This document shows positions 63,730 through 64,000 of a stretch of DNA of 64,000 bases, one piece after another. The stretch is taken from assembly GCA_041661245.1 (NCBI GenBank), contig JBAZUY010000001.1, positions 294,876-358,875 on the forward strand, written 5' to 3'. The notes under the pieces were generated by a model. It had not been told where the DNA came from. It saw only the letters and a list, made by a program, of their open reading frames with translations, and ran no database searches. How positions within the stretch are numbered: position 1 is the first letter of the stretch; the number at the start of each line of letters is the position of its first letter. Position numbers and translations under genes: made by a program. The DNA is from an archaeon (GTDB taxonomy: Archaea > Iainarchaeota > Iainarchaeia > Iainarchaeales > JAAZKV01).

Positions 63730-64000
63730 GTCTTTTCTTTTCCCAATAACAAAGCACTCAGAATTTAATTTGTCTTCGCTTCTTGCGAACAAAAGTAAAT
63801 CCCCATCTTCGGCAAATGCTCTTTGTTGTCCATCAAAACCAACAACAGTACTTCCGCTTAGTTCTTCAAAATCAGCAAAATCTCTTGACAATCTAAAAGG
63901 ACCAAACTTATTTTTATAAACAAAATTTACTTCAAAGAACTTCTTTTGTGCAAGAGTAGGAGCTTTTCCTCTAATTGACCCTGCTTTTTTTAAGAAAGTA
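63721..64000 (-). CDS. C-terminal part of an unidentified protein (gene starts beyond window end)
   Basis: Own translation of the minus strand: ...TFLKKAGSIRGKAPTLAQKKFFEVNFVYKNKFGPFRLSRDFADFEELSGSTVVGFDGQQRAFAEDGDLLLFARSEDKLNSECFVIGKRKDKK*. The + ORF 63728..63919 is its antisense shadow. Confidence 0.5.
   Translation of the reverse strand, partial: TFLKKAGSIRGKAPTLAQKKFFEVNFVYKNKFGPFRLSRDFADFEELSGSTVVGFDGQQRAFAEDGDLLLFARSEDKLNSECFVIGKRKDKK

Noticed and set aside
1-64000. CRISPR arrays, IS elements, integrases, rRNA genes, prophage blocks
   Set aside because: I found no regularly spaced repeats, transposase or integrase motifs, or rRNA-like conserved segments in any intergenic region longer than about 90 nt.

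Overview
AT-rich (by eye about one-third G+C, not computed) archaeal chromosome segment, densely coded with about 70 protein genes and 3 tRNAs. Archaeal markers are fibrillarin, a Nop5/Nop56-58 homologue, deoxyhypusine synthase plus agmatinase, GGGP synthase plus geranylgeranyl reductase, aCPSF-type beta-CASP nucleases, an NMD3-like protein, and tRNAs without encoded CCA. Small proteins, many orphans and truncated metabolic enzymes suggest a small-genome uncultivated lineage; DPANN-like is my guess only. Housekeeping content includes five aminoacyl-tRNA synthetases (glyS, metG, lysS class II, trpS, serS), a gatC-gatA-GNAT-gatB-purM-yjbQ operon, and a complete tryptophan operon (trpB2-trpB1-trpA-trpCF-trpE-trpGD) running directly into trpS. 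There is also an archaeal lipid operon headed by a KaiC-like ATPase and a V4R-like protein, and one TumE/TumA-like toxin-antitoxin pair. I saw no rRNA, CRISPR array, transposase or integrase. Observations most worth follow-up: (1) GatB carries a ~175-aa YbaK/ProX-like aminoacyl-tRNA editing domain inserted between its CSC and CPxCLG motifs, and a GNAT gene is translationally coupled between gatA and gatB. (2) The ~230-nt trp leader has a TATA box, a leaderless-looking 11-codon uORF with a Trp codon, a duplicated TATTTGTCTGG element (second copy followed by TGG TGG) and a segment complementary to both copies followed by a T-run, which is attenuator-like. (3) The Nop5 homologue lacks the fibrillarin-binding N-terminal domain, has an RGG/GAR-like repeat tail and is not adjacent to fibrillarin. 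(4) The KaiC-like/V4R/GGGPS/GGR/HAD genes form one tightly packed operon. (5) Two short direct duplications each flank a spacer of about 86 nt, at the tRNA-Gln 3' end and at the 5' end of an MBL nuclease gene; the second spacer is a stack of perfect palindromes. All domain calls are by-eye motif recognition. Hand-indexed coordinates of small motifs may be off by 1-2 nt.
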